The notes beneath the pieces were generated by a model, which did not search any database, was not told the DNA's origin, and worked only from the letters and a program-made list of their open reading frames with translations. From positions 96,001 through 160,000 of the IMG/VR virus record IMGVR_UViG_3300038300_000071: DNA of 64,000 nt. One strand, 5' to 3'. Origin of the DNA: a virus. Its lineage: Duplodnaviria; Caudoviricetes. This document shows, in pieces, positions 46,231 to 55,996 of this stretch; within the stretch, counting starts at the first letter, position 1; each line of letters starts with the position of its first letter. The position numbers were made by a program, and so were the translations under genes.

Positions 46231-48609
46231 ATGTCAGAGTTTACAACAATTAATTTTGCAAGAAGTGCTCATATTACAAGGGGGCCAGAACTAATATCTA
46301 TTGGAGATGGAGATATAGTTTCATTTACTCCAGATATTGTGGTAAATGGAGCAGATCCATCGATGATTGTTGATTCAGGGACTTATGCTTCTGATGCAGG
46401 GGATCTTATTGAGGCTGGGGATAGGATTATGATGTGGGGAAGAATATCCTCTTCTACGGGAGATCTTTCAGGGCCTATGAGATGGCTTTCTTATTTTACC
46501 GAGAATTCTGGTGCGGTTGGAAACGCTGGAAATTCTGGCGGCGGTTCAATTGCAGTATTGAGAGATGCATTTTCTCCAAGAGTTACTTATGACAAGCAAA
46601 ACAATAGATTGGGATTATGGTTTTGGACAAATGTAAATTTATCTTATACGGATGCGCTGTACGATCCGGCTGAGTTGTTTACAATAGTCTCATCTGCAAA
46701 TAAATTAACTGATGCATTTGATGGTGCAAAAAAAGTATTATGTTATGCTGTTGGAAGCTTTTATCATAAGAGCGTGTCAGGGGGAGAAATAACAGGATTG
46801 GTGGGAACGCCTTCTGCTTTTGCAAATGATATCGTTCCTATATTTAACACTCCTCAGATAATATCATATGGCGATGATGAGTCAGGTGTTGTTTTAGATA
46901 ATTTTATATTTGATGGTCAAATAATTTCTCCTCCTCTAAGGTCAAGATGGCTTTCTAATAAAGAAAGATATACTGAGGATTCAGATCTAAATCCTGATGT
47001 CCCTGCTCCAATTCCACAGGATCAGTTGCAAATAGTAAAGGGAGAATTGATATTGCCAAGAGTAGTTTTAACCGTAGATACTACCGTGGCAATAACAGTA
47101 GTGCCAGTTGCTGGTACTCCTACTTTTGTTTATATTAAAATTACTGATTACTGCGAAGGCGGTGCTGCGTGGGCGATTGAGCAGTTTAATGCTGAAAGAC
47201 CTCTGCAAGATATAGAAGATGATTTTTATGACGATAATATAAAATGGATTCTACTTTGTACAGTTGAAGTGGTAGATAAAGATGGTGGAACCTCGGTTGA
47301 TTCGCAATATGTAAACAACTCAAGTTTGGCAGATGGATGGGGGCATTGGTATATAGAGACATATACAGAAGGCCCGATTCGTATTTATGATGATTTTAAC
47401 GATACGTCTAGAACATACCAAGCAAAAATTACAGGCATCAGTGCAGGAACGGGAGAAACAACTGTAGATATTTTTGGTGATGGATTTGCCCTGCCAGCTA
47501 CAAGAGAAGACTTGGTTTTAAACTTCCCTGCTGGATTTGACATAAGAACTGGTAAGGATAGAGAAGGCGATGAGATATGGGTTCAATGGATTTGTGGGCA
47601 AGTTTACTTGTTCAGACAAAAGATAATAACTCAAATGATGGCAGGACAGCTAACTACAACCTGTACTTCTTCTTGTACCACTGGAGAGGTGGACATATAT
47701 CAAAATGGGCCAAATCAACCTTTAACGGATACAGTTACTGCTACCAACTTAAATGAAAGTCCGGTGTCAGCATTAGATTGGGTTTTTGTTGGTCAAGATC
47801 CTGACACATTGCAGTTTTTTTTTATAGTTAAGGAATCCAGCTTATGTTGTAATTTAGATGTAAGTTCAACCTCTGCTGGAGCAATTCCTTTAGGCGTGGA
47901 TAACTCAGGTGGTGATTTGGTTGCTTCGCTGTGGAGTCAGTGTCTTGATGCGGAGGGGATAGAGTGTGAAGATTTTATAGACTTTCAGGCAACTCCTGCC
48001 GACTGTCAAGTTGGAATGGGGCCTCCTGTAGATCCTGTTTTGTGCTGTAATACTCCAAATGGAACATGGAGTTTGTTGAAGAATCCCAATACGATGTTTA
48101 CAATAATTCCAGATGTAGACTTTAATGGTTTTGCAACAATTGAAACAGTTGCTTACGCTGACATACCTGCTTATGATAATAATTGCGAGTTGATTGTTTA
48201 TACCATAGTGGCAGAGTTTATAGCGGATTCTGCGGATAGTCCTTGCAATGAGTCTAAGTGTGTTACAATTGATGTTACCTTGGACGATGCTCCTCCTTGT
48301 GGTAATTGTCCTGATGTAATTATAGATTGTTACAAAATAGCTCAAGATATGGTTGCGGGCGATGTTGTTGCTGAGGGGCATGTAGAGCCTGTTGGAATTG
48401 TCTTAGCTGATGGAATTTTAGGATTGGAAGGAAATTCTTTATTAATTCCAAATTTAGAGATAATTGATTTGGCGGTAGATTCAAAGTTTGAAGTTAAAGT
48501 TAAGGCAGGAATGAATTTAAATGCACTTCCTATTAAGGATGATGTAAACGTCGATATTCAATACACAATTGTACCAACGTTTGATAACAATTGTACAAAC
48601 CCCCCTTAA
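46231..48609 (+). CDS. Acidic, Cys-rich tail fibre/spike-like protein
   Basis: 792 aa beta-rich; about 16 Cys in the last ~315 aa; tail-distal position. Confidence 0.55.
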   Translation: MSEFTTINFARSAHITRGPELISIGDGDIVSFTPDIVVNGADPSMIVDSGTYASDAGDLIEAGDRIMMWGRISSSTGDLSGPMRWLSYFTENSGAVGNAGNSGGGSIAVLRDAFSPRVTYDKQNNRLGLWFWTNVNLSYTDALYDPAELFTIVSSANKLTDAFDGAKKVLCYAVGSFYHKSVSGGEITGLVGTPSAFANDIVPIFNTPQIISYGDDESGVVLDNFIFDGQIISPPLRSRWLSNKERYTEDSDLNPDVPAPIPQDQLQIVKGELILPRVVLTVDTTVAITVVPVAGTPTFVYIKITDYCEGGAAWAIEQFNAERPLQDIEDDFYDDNIKWILLCTVEVVDKDGGTSVDSQYVNNSSLADGWGHWYIETYTEGPIRIYDDFNDTSRTYQAKITGISAGTGETTVDIFGDGFALPATREDLVLNFPAGFDIRTGKDREGDEIWVQWICGQVYLFRQKIITQMMAGQLTTTCTSSCTTGEVDIYQNGPNQPLTDTVTATNLNESPVSALDWVFVGQDPDTLQFFFIVKESSLCCNLDVSSTSAGAIPLGVDNSGGDLVASLWSQCLDAEGIECEDFIDFQATPADCQVGMGPPVDPVLCCNTPNGTWSLLKNPNTMFTIIPDVDFNGFATIETVAYADIPAYDNNCELIVYTIVAEFIADSADSPCNESKCVTIDVTLDDAPPCGNCPDVIIDCYKIAQDMVAGDVVAEGHVEPVGIVLADGILGLEGNSLLIPNLEIIDLAVDSKFEVKVKAGMNLNALPIKDDVNVDIQYTIVPTFDNNCTNPP

Positions 48610-48618
48610 GGAGTTGTA

Positions 48619-49269
48619 ATGGGAAAGTTTCTAGCAGTTTCAAGTCAACCTTTATATGAATTTGCAAGTACTGTGGCAACTCTTTGTGGGGTTGTTCCGT
48701 CAGCTTGTAGTACCGTAGTGTGTGGGGGTGGAGATCCTAGCGTGGAGTTAACAGTTACTAATTTAGGAGCCGTAGAAGTTGTTAACTGGTGCGGTGAAGT
48801 GTGGAACCTGCCAGCTGACAATGGAGTTGTTAAATGTGTTTGTCCTACAAATTATATTAAAGATCAGTATACTGGAACAACGCTTGGTTATACTGCGTAT
48901 AAGGCTGCACAGAAATGGCAATATAACAATTCATTAGTGATGCATAGAGGGTATATGGCATTTAAGAACACTTTTACTCCTCTTGTATATCGTGCCAACT
49001 TTACTGACGCTGATCATCGAAATGTAAACTTCCTTAAAATAAATGCTGATGTAGATAGCGTTGCGGGTCAGAATATATTTGGGCAACTAGCTCGTCCTGT
49101 TCCGGTTACTTATTATTTCCCTCCTGCTTCTAATATTGGTAAAGTAGCGCCAGAAACTGTCTTGGCGGTAGCTCCATCTGATGGCGCTGCAACGTTGACG
49201 GCGGATTTCTTTGGAAGTCATACAATAGCAAGTGTGACCTATTCTTGGGCACAGGGAAATGGATGGTAG
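48619..49269 (+). CDS. Tail-tip/receptor-binding candidate, paralogue A
   Basis: SD AAGGAG; N-terminal AVSSQPLYEFASTVATLCG; C-terminal SWAQGNGW. Confidence 0.6.
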   Translation: MGKFLAVSSQPLYEFASTVATLCGVVPSACSTVVCGGGDPSVELTVTNLGAVEVVNWCGEVWNLPADNGVVKCVCPTNYIKDQYTGTTLGYTAYKAAQKWQYNNSLVMHRGYMAFKNTFTPLVYRANFTDADHRNVNFLKINADVDSVAGQNIFGQLARPVPVTYYFPPASNIGKVAPETVLAVAPSDGAATLTADFFGSHTIASVTYSWAQGNGW

Positions 49270-49377
49270 TTGTGAAGAATTTCTTTAATTTAAATAAGTG
49301 GGAGCTATAATGGGTAAAGTCGGAGCAGTTTCAAGTCAACCTTTATATGAATTTGCAAGTACTGTGGCAACTCTTTG
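48633..49377 (+). repeat. 54-bp perfect direct repeat (48633-48686 and 49324-49377)
   Basis: agcagtttcaagtcaacctttatatgaatttgcaagtactgtggcaactctttg identical in both genes. Confidence 0.95.
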
Positions 49378-49951
49378 CGGAGCTGTAGCTCCACCAGCAG
49401 CTTGTGGGGTTCCAAATGCAGATCCTACAATGCTTATTACAATGACTTGGATTGATGCTGATGTTACTAAAGACTTTCTTGGTTGTACTTGGACAAATGG
49501 AGAGATTAAAGAAGTATATTCTACATTTTACAGTAAAGGCCGTTTTGGATCACCATACTCACCTGGAGCTCCGCAAGAAGAGGAGGTCTGGGCTTGTACA
49601 GTGTTTGGAGAACGTGTTAGAATGGAAGCATTTGGTTCACCTTTTGTAGGATTTTCTGGAGGAGTTCGACATGACGAAGTTGCCCTTGGAATAGGTACAG
49701 TTAAAGAGTGGGGCACGTTCTTTTCCCCTTCCAGCTTAAATGTCGCATCTTTCTCTCCAGTAGGGACAGGGACTCTACCATACACTAATAATGCATTTGG
49801 AGGACATCCTTCTTTCTACATAGCATATCCATTTACATCTGGTTGGGCTTTTCATGGCGACCCTGGATATATTAAGCCGCAACAGAGAAGCGCTTTTGTA
49901 ACTTTTACAAATGGAATTACTGTATCTTGGTCTCAAGGAAATGGGTGGTAA
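49310..49951 (+). CDS. Tail-tip/receptor-binding candidate, paralogue B
   Basis: GGAG before ATG 49310; same N-terminal anchor; C-terminal SWSQGNGW. Confidence 0.6.
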   Translation: MGKVGAVSSQPLYEFASTVATLCGAVAPPAACGVPNADPTMLITMTWIDADVTKDFLGCTWTNGEIKEVYSTFYSKGRFGSPYSPGAPQEEEVWACTVFGERVRMEAFGSPFVGFSGGVRHDEVALGIGTVKEWGTFFSPSSLNVASFSPVGTGTLPYTNNAFGGHPSFYIAYPFTSGWAFHGDPGYIKPQQRSAFVTFTNGITVSWSQGNGW

Positions 49952-49996
49952 AATGATATGGCTGTGTGTTTTTAAATTCAATAAAGGAGCGTAGTA

Positions 49997-50413
49997 ATGG
50001 GTGAAAAGAAATCATTTTTTGATTCGTCGATGTGCAAGAGTAAAAAGAATTGTGAAAAGTGCAGATTGAGTAGGGATTATAGGGAAGGCATATTGAAAGT
50101 GTTTGATGCTCCTGAAGTTGACTTTGACTGTCCGCTTGGAAAGGTGGCAGAGGAGTATAAGAATATAAGCATTCCTAGTGTCTTTGGGATGGCAAAGAAT
50201 TTATTAGATACTGCAAAGGAAGTAGCTAAGTATAAGAAGAAGACGGGAAGGACTTTGGTTTCATCTGAGATTCAAAAGGAGAGAATGGATATTTGCAATG
50301 CATGTAATTACTATGTTAATAACAAGTGTAAGAAGTGTGGGTGTCAACTAAAAGTCAAGACGCAGTTTGCTGGAGCGAAATGTCCTTTGAATAAATGGAT
50401 TCAAGATAAATAA
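49997..50413 (+). CDS. Cys-rich DUF6171-like protein
   Basis: ERMDICNAC......CKKCGC..K.K......CPLNKW plus an N-terminal C..C..C..CP cluster. Confidence 0.65.
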   Translation: MGEKKSFFDSSMCKSKKNCEKCRLSRDYREGILKVFDAPEVDFDCPLGKVAEEYKNISIPSVFGMAKNLLDTAKEVAKYKKKTGRTLVSSEIQKERMDICNACNYYVNNKCKKCGCQLKVKTQFAGAKCPLNKWIQDK

Positions 50414-50478
50414 TAAACCTAAATAAATTACAAGCTTTATTTTGTATAATAAAAAACAAATTAAAGGAGAATGTTAAA

Positions 50479-51612
50479 ATGTTAATAATTTCAGGTTGTC
50501 CAAGAAGCGGTACAAGCGTCCAGATGGATATACATAGGGCTGTGTTTGGTGAAGAGAGGATATTGGGAGCAAAGTTTCCACAAGAGAGAATGTCAAAAAA
50601 AAATGATAATGAGAAGGAAGAAGAGCCGGAAGGACTGTTTGCAGTAAGAAAGCATATGGTTTCCAAGCAAGAGATATCGGCAAAGGCTCAAGGAAAGGAA
50701 GTGGCGAAAGATTTCAAAGACATGAACCCGAATGGATTTTGGGAGTGTTCCTTCACAGTGCATGGAATTAGGCATTCCATGGCTGATCAGTATCTCCTTG
50801 ATCAACTTAGGATAGAGGATAAGGATAAAATGACAATCTGTAAGGTGGTCAGCCAAGGCCTGCCAGCCTCTATTCCAGAGTATATAGACAAAATTGTTTA
50901 TATGGTTCGTCATCCAAGGGCGGTTGCGAAGTCTCAAGAACGGCTTCAGAGGGGCTTTGACGTGATGCATCCAGATGGGACAATGAAAAACATTTTTGAG
51001 GATTTGGTTATACACACTCCTGAGATGTATATTAAAGTTACTGAACAGGCGGCTAGGTTTTTGTTAAACAATAAAGATATCCCTGTTCACTTTGTACACT
51101 TCGAGGAATTGATGACCAATCCTAAGAGGGAATTGGATAATATTCAAAAGTTTACTGGGTTTGGAGATTACTCTAGGGCATATGATGTTGTAACTCCAAA
51201 GTTAAACAGAAGTAAGCATCAGGATATACCCAGCAAACTATGGGAAGATGCGGAATTTGTGTATGGTAAATTCTGCGAGGCAGTTGACTATAGTAGAAAT
51301 TTTGACAGATCCAAAGAGATGGGTTGTTACAAGGAAATAATTGAATATTTAAAAGATCCTAAGAGAGAAGTTAATAGAGATAAAAGAAATTGGCCATGTT
51401 TTAGAAGTGGTCAGACGGTGAATGAGGTGCAGTGTAATGCGTGTATTAAAAATCCTGTTGTAAGAGGAAATTTCAAAAAACATGCAGAAAGTAGGGGACT
51501 TGAGTGGGAAATGGAGCCTTGTTCATTTGAGTGTGGAATGGATTTGGATAGAAGTGAATATGTATCAATTAAAGATAGTATAAAGAATAATTCTTGGAGA
51601 AATGAAGAATGA
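50479..51612 (+). CDS. Sulfotransferase-family protein with C-terminal Cys cluster
   Basis: 5'-PSB IISGCPRSGTS, 3'-PB MVRHPRAVAKS and FEEL..NP. Confidence 0.75.
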   Translation: MLIISGCPRSGTSVQMDIHRAVFGEERILGAKFPQERMSKKNDNEKEEEPEGLFAVRKHMVSKQEISAKAQGKEVAKDFKDMNPNGFWECSFTVHGIRHSMADQYLLDQLRIEDKDKMTICKVVSQGLPASIPEYIDKIVYMVRHPRAVAKSQERLQRGFDVMHPDGTMKNIFEDLVIHTPEMYIKVTEQAARFLLNNKDIPVHFVHFEELMTNPKRELDNIQKFTGFGDYSRAYDVVTPKLNRSKHQDIPSKLWEDAEFVYGKFCEAVDYSRNFDRSKEMGCYKEIIEYLKDPKREVNRDKRNWPCFRSGQTVNEVQCNACIKNPVVRGNFKKHAESRGLEWEMEPCSFECGMDLDRSEYVSIKDSIKNNSWRNEE

Positions 51613-51986
51613 AAAAATTAACAAAGAAAGAAATAGAAGAAATAAAGGAAAGCATGGAGTCTGGAATTCCTGTTCCTGTTTATTTTAGGAAAAAGGGATT
51701 AAAGATCGAAAAGGGAGATATGCAAAGTATTGTATCTCAGCTGAAGAGCAATTTTGGAGAAGAAGGATTTTCCAAAATGAGAGAGGCGGTTATAGCCTCT
51801 AGAAGGAATGGGAGGGATAATAAAGGAATAGATTCTAGAAGGAGAATGGAAAGATTACACGAAACTTATTCTAGTTTAATTGGAAATATTGATAGTGTTG
51901 AACTTTCAGATTCATGCATATCCGATCTTCAGGAGCTGTTAGTTCTTTGTGAGGTTAGGAAGAACGAACTAAGAAATAAGGAGTAG
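51609..51986 (+). CDS. Hypothetical protein
   Basis: ATGA overlap; 125 aa. Confidence 0.65.
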   Translation: MKKLTKKEIEEIKESMESGIPVPVYFRKKGLKIEKGDMQSIVSQLKSNFGEEGFSKMREAVIASRRNGRDNKGIDSRRRMERLHETYSSLIGNIDSVELSDSCISDLQELLVLCEVRKNELRNKE

Positions 51987-51987
51987 C

Positions 51988-53706
51988 ATGAAAATATCAG
52001 TTGCAATTATAGTCAAGAACGAAGAAGATATAATTAGAAGATGTCTTAATTGTGTCTCTAAGTTTGCTGATCAAATCGTTGTTGTTGATACTGGTTCGAC
52101 TGACAAGACGAAAGAAATAATAAATGAGGAGTATTCCAGCGTAGAATTATATGATTCAAAAAAGTTCAACAAGGATACTCATTTCTCTGATTTTGAGTTT
52201 GGAACGGCAAAAAATGAAGCGGTAGATAGGTGTGTTAATCCGTGGGTTATTTGGTGGGATGCTGATGATTTTATGGATGATGCAAGTATTGATAAAATAA
52301 AAATAACAGCAAGGGATAGTGCTTTGGATGTTATTTATGATTTTAGGATTGTATTTGGAACATCCAAGTTCTATCATAGCAGAATGCTTCCAAATGGAAA
52401 AGGTATAAGGTTTGACGAGGATCATAGTTGTCATGAGTTCCTAACTGCCAAAAAAGGCATAAGAAGGTTTAAAAGGGATGATATCAAAATTCAGCATTTG
52501 CCGGGTAAGAAAGGGGGGCTCCCATCAGCGGAAAGAAATGTTAAGATAATGGAGAAGGATTATTATGTCAAGGGGCGTAAGGATTCAAGAACATTGTTCT
52601 ATTTGGCTAATTCATACAGGGAACTTAAAAACAACAAAGAAGCAATTAAGTTTTATGAAGAGTATCTAAGTAAGTCGAAATGGAAGGAGGAGAGGCTGTT
52701 TGCCAGATATTATAAGTCAAGATGTCACTTTATGCTAGAGGAGAACAGAAAGGCCGTCAATGAGGCCCTGATGGCCATTACAGAGGACGATAGGTTTGCA
52801 GAGCCATACTGTTTTCTTGGAGATATGTACAGCAGCTTCGGAAAGTACGAAAAAGCCAAGGCATGGTATACTATGGCAAAAATATTAAAGTCTCCTCCAA
52901 AGGATTCAGTTTTATTTGTAATGCCGAACCTTTATAGTGATTATCCAAAGAAAAAGATTAAGGATTGCGATAACGCCATTTCCAAGAAGTTATTTCCAGA
53001 AGAAAATAAAGATGTAAAGAAAAAGTCAGCAAAAATTGATGAGAAGATTATTGGAATAGAAGTTCTTGCAAGCCCAGACGGTCAATTGAAGTCCGCCTTG
53101 GCGATAGATTCATTTGTTAGAAATTTTCCACATGTAAAGGTTAAGCCTGTTGTGTCTAAGGGGAAATTGATGAATTCAATATTTGACAAGATGGATAATA
53201 TATACATGGGAAAAGAGGATGTATGTGGAACTCTAAAAATAGAAGTTCCATCAAATCTTAAAAATAAAAATTCTGTTGAGTGGATGTCAAGATCTTTAGG
53301 GTTTGTACCTAAAGGGATAAATTCGTCTCACAGCTACTCCGAACTGAAAAAAGATCCTAAGAAGATATTATTGGTGACTGAAGTGGAAGGTGGAGAAGAG
53401 TGGCCATCGTTCAAGTGGGAGCTTTTGGCTGAAAAACTAGAAGGCGGTGGTTATGATGTTAAATATTACAATGATTTTATCTTAGATGAAAAAGATTGCA
53501 ATTATGGATTGGTTGTAGGGCAGGCGAGCATAGCTCCTTCTTTGTCAAAGTTGATCAATACAAAGGCGATAATCATACATCCAGATATGAAAAGTGTAGA
53601 GAATTTCAGCTATGATGGACAATTGAGCATTGTACAAAAAATTAATAAAATCACTGTTAATGAGGTTTTTGAGAGAGTAGAGAATTTTTTAGTTGAGGTC
53701 AAGTGA
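51988..53706 (+). CDS. GT2 glycosyltransferase with TPR repeats and a degenerate GT9-like C-terminus
   Basis: ISVAIIVKNEE, VVVDTGSTD, WWDADD, CHE; TPRs (RTLFYLANSY, AEPYCFLGD); EWP..KW..L. Confidence 0.85.
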   Translation: MKISVAIIVKNEEDIIRRCLNCVSKFADQIVVVDTGSTDKTKEIINEEYSSVELYDSKKFNKDTHFSDFEFGTAKNEAVDRCVNPWVIWWDADDFMDDASIDKIKITARDSALDVIYDFRIVFGTSKFYHSRMLPNGKGIRFDEDHSCHEFLTAKKGIRRFKRDDIKIQHLPGKKGGLPSAERNVKIMEKDYYVKGRKDSRTLFYLANSYRELKNNKEAIKFYEEYLSKSKWKEERLFARYYKSRCHFMLEENRKAVNEALMAITEDDRFAEPYCFLGDMYSSFGKYEKAKAWYTMAKILKSPPKDSVLFVMPNLYSDYPKKKIKDCDNAISKKLFPEENKDVKKKSAKIDEKIIGIEVLASPDGQLKSALAIDSFVRNFPHVKVKPVVSKGKLMNSIFDKMDNIYMGKEDVCGTLKIEVPSNLKNKNSVEWMSRSLGFVPKGINSSHSYSELKKDPKKILLVTEVEGGEEWPSFKWELLAEKLEGGGYDVKYYNDFILDEKDCNYGLVVGQASIAPSLSKLINTKAIIIHPDMKSVENFSYDGQLSIVQKINKITVNEVFERVENFLVEVK

Positions 53707-54206
53707 TGTCAAAAAGAGTTGTTTTAGATGTTTTTTATAATAGAGATGATATGCATCCGTTCGATTTGAATGGAATTCTTGTCTATGAGAACATATACGA
53801 TGGGTTAGTCAATAACATTCCTAGTAATAAGGTGAAGAAAGTGCCATTTGAAAATTTATTTGTAACACAGGGCGACAACAGAACATTAAGGGTATACGTA
53901 AAGAATCCAAGCAATGAGGTTATTGATTTAACCGGAGCTAGTGCTTTGTTGACTTTCAGAGAGTCAAGCACGAGTGATGATGCTTCTATTCAGCTGAGTA
54001 CGGAAGTTCCGGCAGAGGGGATGATCGGTGCAGCTGACAGAGGAGAGATTTTCTTTTTCATTGTTCCAGCGAACACAAATACATTAGAGTTAAGGCAGTA
54101 TGTTTGGGATTGCAGAGTGACCTTGGCTTCGGGGAAAGTATATACAGTGTTGAATGGAGTGATGGATTTGGGAAATAGTGTAGACTTTGGAGTGCTAAAT
54201 CCTTAA
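53706..54206 (+). CDS. BppU N-terminal-like (baseplate upper) domain protein
   Basis: QGDNRTL.V.V......IDLTG, GEI.F.I....T and YVWD..VT..SGKV.TV. Confidence 0.65.
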   Translation: MSKRVVLDVFYNRDDMHPFDLNGILVYENIYDGLVNNIPSNKVKKVPFENLFVTQGDNRTLRVYVKNPSNEVIDLTGASALLTFRESSTSDDASIQLSTEVPAEGMIGAADRGEIFFFIVPANTNTLELRQYVWDCRVTLASGKVYTVLNGVMDLGNSVDFGVLNP

Positions 54207-54250
54207 AAATTAGAAATGTAGTCTGTATAATATCCAAAAAGGATTTTTAT

Positions 54251-55996
54251 ATGGCATTACTGATAACAAACGATCAAGGTCTTATGATCTTAAAATGTTC
54301 TTTCGAAGAAAAGGACAGAGCTAAGAAAATAGGATTCAAATGGAGCGGGCCAATAAAAAGTTGGGTCGCTTCTTTTTCTTTGCAGAAAGTAGAAGAAGTT
54401 ATTGATGAGTTTCCAAATTGTGGTATTAATGACGATTTGGAAAAGATGATAGAGAAACAATTAAAGTTGGATGAAAATGTAAAGCAAATAAAGATAGACG
54501 CCGATGGTAATATTGATACAAGATTCAAGGTGTCGGGAATAAAAGTTGCTCTTCATAACTATCAAAAGCATGGTGTGAAGTTTGCAATGAATTCAACGGG
54601 AGGAATATTAATAGCAGACGAAATGGGACTTGGGAAAAGCATACAGTCTCTTGCTGCGGCTATCTGTAGAAAGAATAAAGGAGAAATAGACAAATGCCTT
54701 ATTATAACTCCTGCATCTCTAAAGTGGAATTGGCCTTTGGAAATAGAAAAATTCACAGATGAATCATACTCTGTAATAGCCGGAACTCCAGAAAAGAGAG
54801 AAAAACAATGGGCTGAGGATGTTTTCTTTTATATAGTGAATTATGAATTGATAACTGAAGATCTATTCGGTGGCAAGGATATAAAGGTGAAAAACAGCGA
54901 GACTCTGGAGCAGAAAAAAAAGAGATTGGCCAGAGAACAGAAAAAGAAAGAAAGAATAAAGAGAATGCTTCCAGTTTCATCTAAAGTGTGGGACATGTTG
55001 ATTTTAGATGAAATACATGCCATCAAGACTCACAGATCAATGAGGACTCAAAATATAAAGAAGTTAAAGTCAAAATACAGAATAGGCTTAAGTGGAACTC
55101 CTGTTGACGGGAAACTTGAAGAATTGCACAGTATATATGACTTTCTAAGACCTGGATTGTTTCCAAGTAAAACATTATTTATGCAAAAGCATGCCGAGAC
55201 TGATTTCTTTGGAGCTATTAAAGGGTATAGGGATGTCAAAGAAGTTAATGATAAAATTGAGCCGTACATGATTAGAAGGTTGAAAAGAAATGTTCTAAAG
55301 GATTTGCCGGATAAGATATATTACGACAGGCTGATAGAATTTAGCGATTCTGAAATGAAAATATATAAAAAGCTTGCAAAGAGAGAGCATGAGATAACTG
55401 AGGAGGTTGAGCCAATGGTTGCAGCTATCAGATGTAAGCAGTTCTGCGATTCTCCAGAGTTGGTAGAGATGGATAAGGTGAAGAGTTCAAAGTTGGCAGC
55501 TTTTGTTGAGATTTTAACTGAGGTTATAGTTGTTAATGGCAATAAGGCTGTCATATTTACTCAGTATAAGGAAATGGCAAAATTATTAATAAGGGAGATT
55601 GAGAATCTTGGTCTTAATTATCTTGCCATAACTGGAGAAACTGACACAAAATTAAGAGCAGACATGCAAAAGGAGTTTAACAATGACAAATCTATCGATA
55701 TAATGATAGGAACGGATGCAATGAGTACTGGATTAAATTTCACCTCTGCAAACTATGTCATTAATTATGATGATAATTGGAGTCCTAGTATTATGGCTCA
55801 AAGGGAAGACCGTTGCCATCGGTTAGGGCAGAAGGATACTGTAACTGTGATAAATTTCATAGTTAAGGATACGATAGAAGAAAGAATTAAAAGCGCATTG
55901 ATGTCAAAGATGAAATTATCAAACGCTGCGTTAGGCGATGATGACTTTATAATATTGAAGAAAATGAGCCCAAAGGAGGTACTAGACTTATTATGA
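54251..55996 (+). CDS. SNF2-family ATPase with N-terminal HARP/DUF5710-like domain
   Basis: ADEMGLGKS, DEIH, LSGTP, GLNF and QREDRCHRLGQ; N-terminal EEKDRAK..GFKW....KSW. Confidence 0.9.
   Translation: MALLITNDQGLMILKCSFEEKDRAKKIGFKWSGPIKSWVASFSLQKVEEVIDEFPNCGINDDLEKMIEKQLKLDENVKQIKIDADGNIDTRFKVSGIKVALHNYQKHGVKFAMNSTGGILIADEMGLGKSIQSLAAAICRKNKGEIDKCLIITPASLKWNWPLEIEKFTDESYSVIAGTPEKREKQWAEDVFFYIVNYELITEDLFGGKDIKVKNSETLEQKKKRLAREQKKKERIKRMLPVSSKVWDMLILDEIHAIKTHRSMRTQNIKKLKSKYRIGLSGTPVDGKLEELHSIYDFLRPGLFPSKTLFMQKHAETDFFGAIKGYRDVKEVNDKIEPYMIRRLKRNVLKDLPDKIYYDRLIEFSDSEMKIYKKLAKREHEITEEVEPMVAAIRCKQFCDSPELVEMDKVKSSKLAAFVEILTEVIVVNGNKAVIFTQYKEMAKLLIREIENLGLNYLAITGETDTKLRADMQKEFNNDKSIDIMIGTDAMSTGLNFTSANYVINYDDNWSPSIMAQREDRCHRLGQKDTVTVINFIVKDTIEERIKSALMSKMKLSNAALGDDDFIILKKMSPKEVLDLL

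Noticed and set aside
48619-49951. Diversity-generating retroelement TR/VR pair or shufflon
   Set aside because: The repeat is at the 5' end, perfect and direct; there are no adenine-specific mismatches, and no reverse transcriptase or invertase in the window
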